NCBI GenBank assembly: GCA_964016885.1
Contig: OZ024759.1
Coordinates: 1,426,001-1,490,000, forward strand
Direction of reading: 5' to 3'
Origin: Eledone cirrhosa
Taxonomy: Eukaryota
Length of the DNA: 64,000 nucleotides
How positions within the stretch are numbered: position 1 is the stretch's first letter; each line of letters starts with the position of its first letter. Below the pieces are notes generated by a model that had not been told where the DNA came from, ran no database searches, and saw only the letters and a program-made list of their open reading frames with translations. Of this stretch, positions 63,901 through 64,000 are shown one piece after another. The translations under genes were made by a program, and so were the position numbers.

Positions 63901-64000
63901 TAGTCTATATTAGTAACATGACAAAGTCTATATTAGTAACATGACAAAGTCTATATTAGTAGCATGACACAGTCTATATTAGTAACATGACAAAGTCTAT

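Larger units (their letters stand above)
1..64000. repeat. Satellite DNA array of 23/21-bp monomers GTCTATATTAGTAACATGAC(AAA|ACA|A), single orientation, extending beyond both window ends
   Basis: Every line consists of this monomer or a close variant, e.g. 3-25 gtctatattagtaacatgacaaa, 26-46 gtctatattagtaacatgaca. The commonest core variant is AAC>AGC (gtagcatg). No non-repeat sequence was seen. Confidence 0.99.

Noticed and set aside
1-64000. CRISPR array (palindromic ~20-23-bp repeat)
   Set aside because: There are no unique spacers. Repeats are separated by 1-3 nt drawn from a few recurring states, and no leader or cas genes are present.
1-64000. Protein-coding repeat or micro-ORFs (ATG ACA AAG TCT ATA TTA GTA ACA TGA = MTKSILVT*; the 21-mer reads VYISNMT in frame)
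   Set aside because: Each monomer has stops in two of three frames on both strands, and 23-mers shift the frame, so ORFs end within a few monomers. They are by-products of the repeat.
1-64000. Minus strand nearly stop-free if TAA/TAG encode Gln (ciliate-type code)
   Set aside because: The minus consensus lacks TGA, but free mixing of 21-, 22- and 23-bp units shows no frame preservation and nothing indicates such an organism.
1-64000. Long telomerase-type repeat, as in the 23-bp Candida telomere units
   Set aside because: There is no G-rich strand or similarity I recognise, and multi-kb duplicated variant patterns indicate recombinational or replicative amplification rather than templated addition.
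1-64000. Transcription-factor motifs: TTAGTAA (Yap1-type bZIP site), TGACAG (MEIS/TGIF-type), TATA-like TATATT
   Set aside because: These are short matches replicated by the repeat itself. The organism is unknown and there is no gene context or binding evidence.
1-64000. Helical phasing or curvature (21 bp is about two turns)
   Set aside because: Most units are 23 bp and A-tracts are mostly 3 nt, so phase drifts. It cannot be supported without modelling.
1-64000. Assignment as a centromere, or to a named satellite family or species
   Set aside because: I do not recognise the monomer. This needs BLAST/Dfam searches and CENP-A or FISH data.

Overview
The whole 64 kb window is one uninterrupted, head-to-tail, AT-rich (~26-30% GC per monomer) satellite array of roughly 2,800 monomers (estimated from length). 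Each monomer is a 20-bp core GTCTATATTAGTAACATGAC plus a 3-nt linker (mostly AAA or ACA; 23-mer) or a 1-nt linker (A; 21-mer). I saw no gene, RNA gene, transposon, unique sequence or strand inversion, and neither array end lies in the window. Size and organisation suggest eukaryotic heterochromatic satellite DNA, but I cannot name the organism or family. The information is in the internal structure. (i) The core is an imperfect palindrome and the commonest variation is in the linker. (ii) Rare variants recur in a fixed order, defining a loose ~2.5-kb higher-order repeat. (iii) Nested tandem duplications of 336 bp to 7.9 kb can be measured from marker offsets. (iv) Marker variants change between a left and a right subfamily at about 21 kb. 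(v) A few short patches are out of place or unusually diverged. I found no evidence of a new protein- or RNA-encoding system. All offsets were read by eye, and duplication boundaries are approximate.
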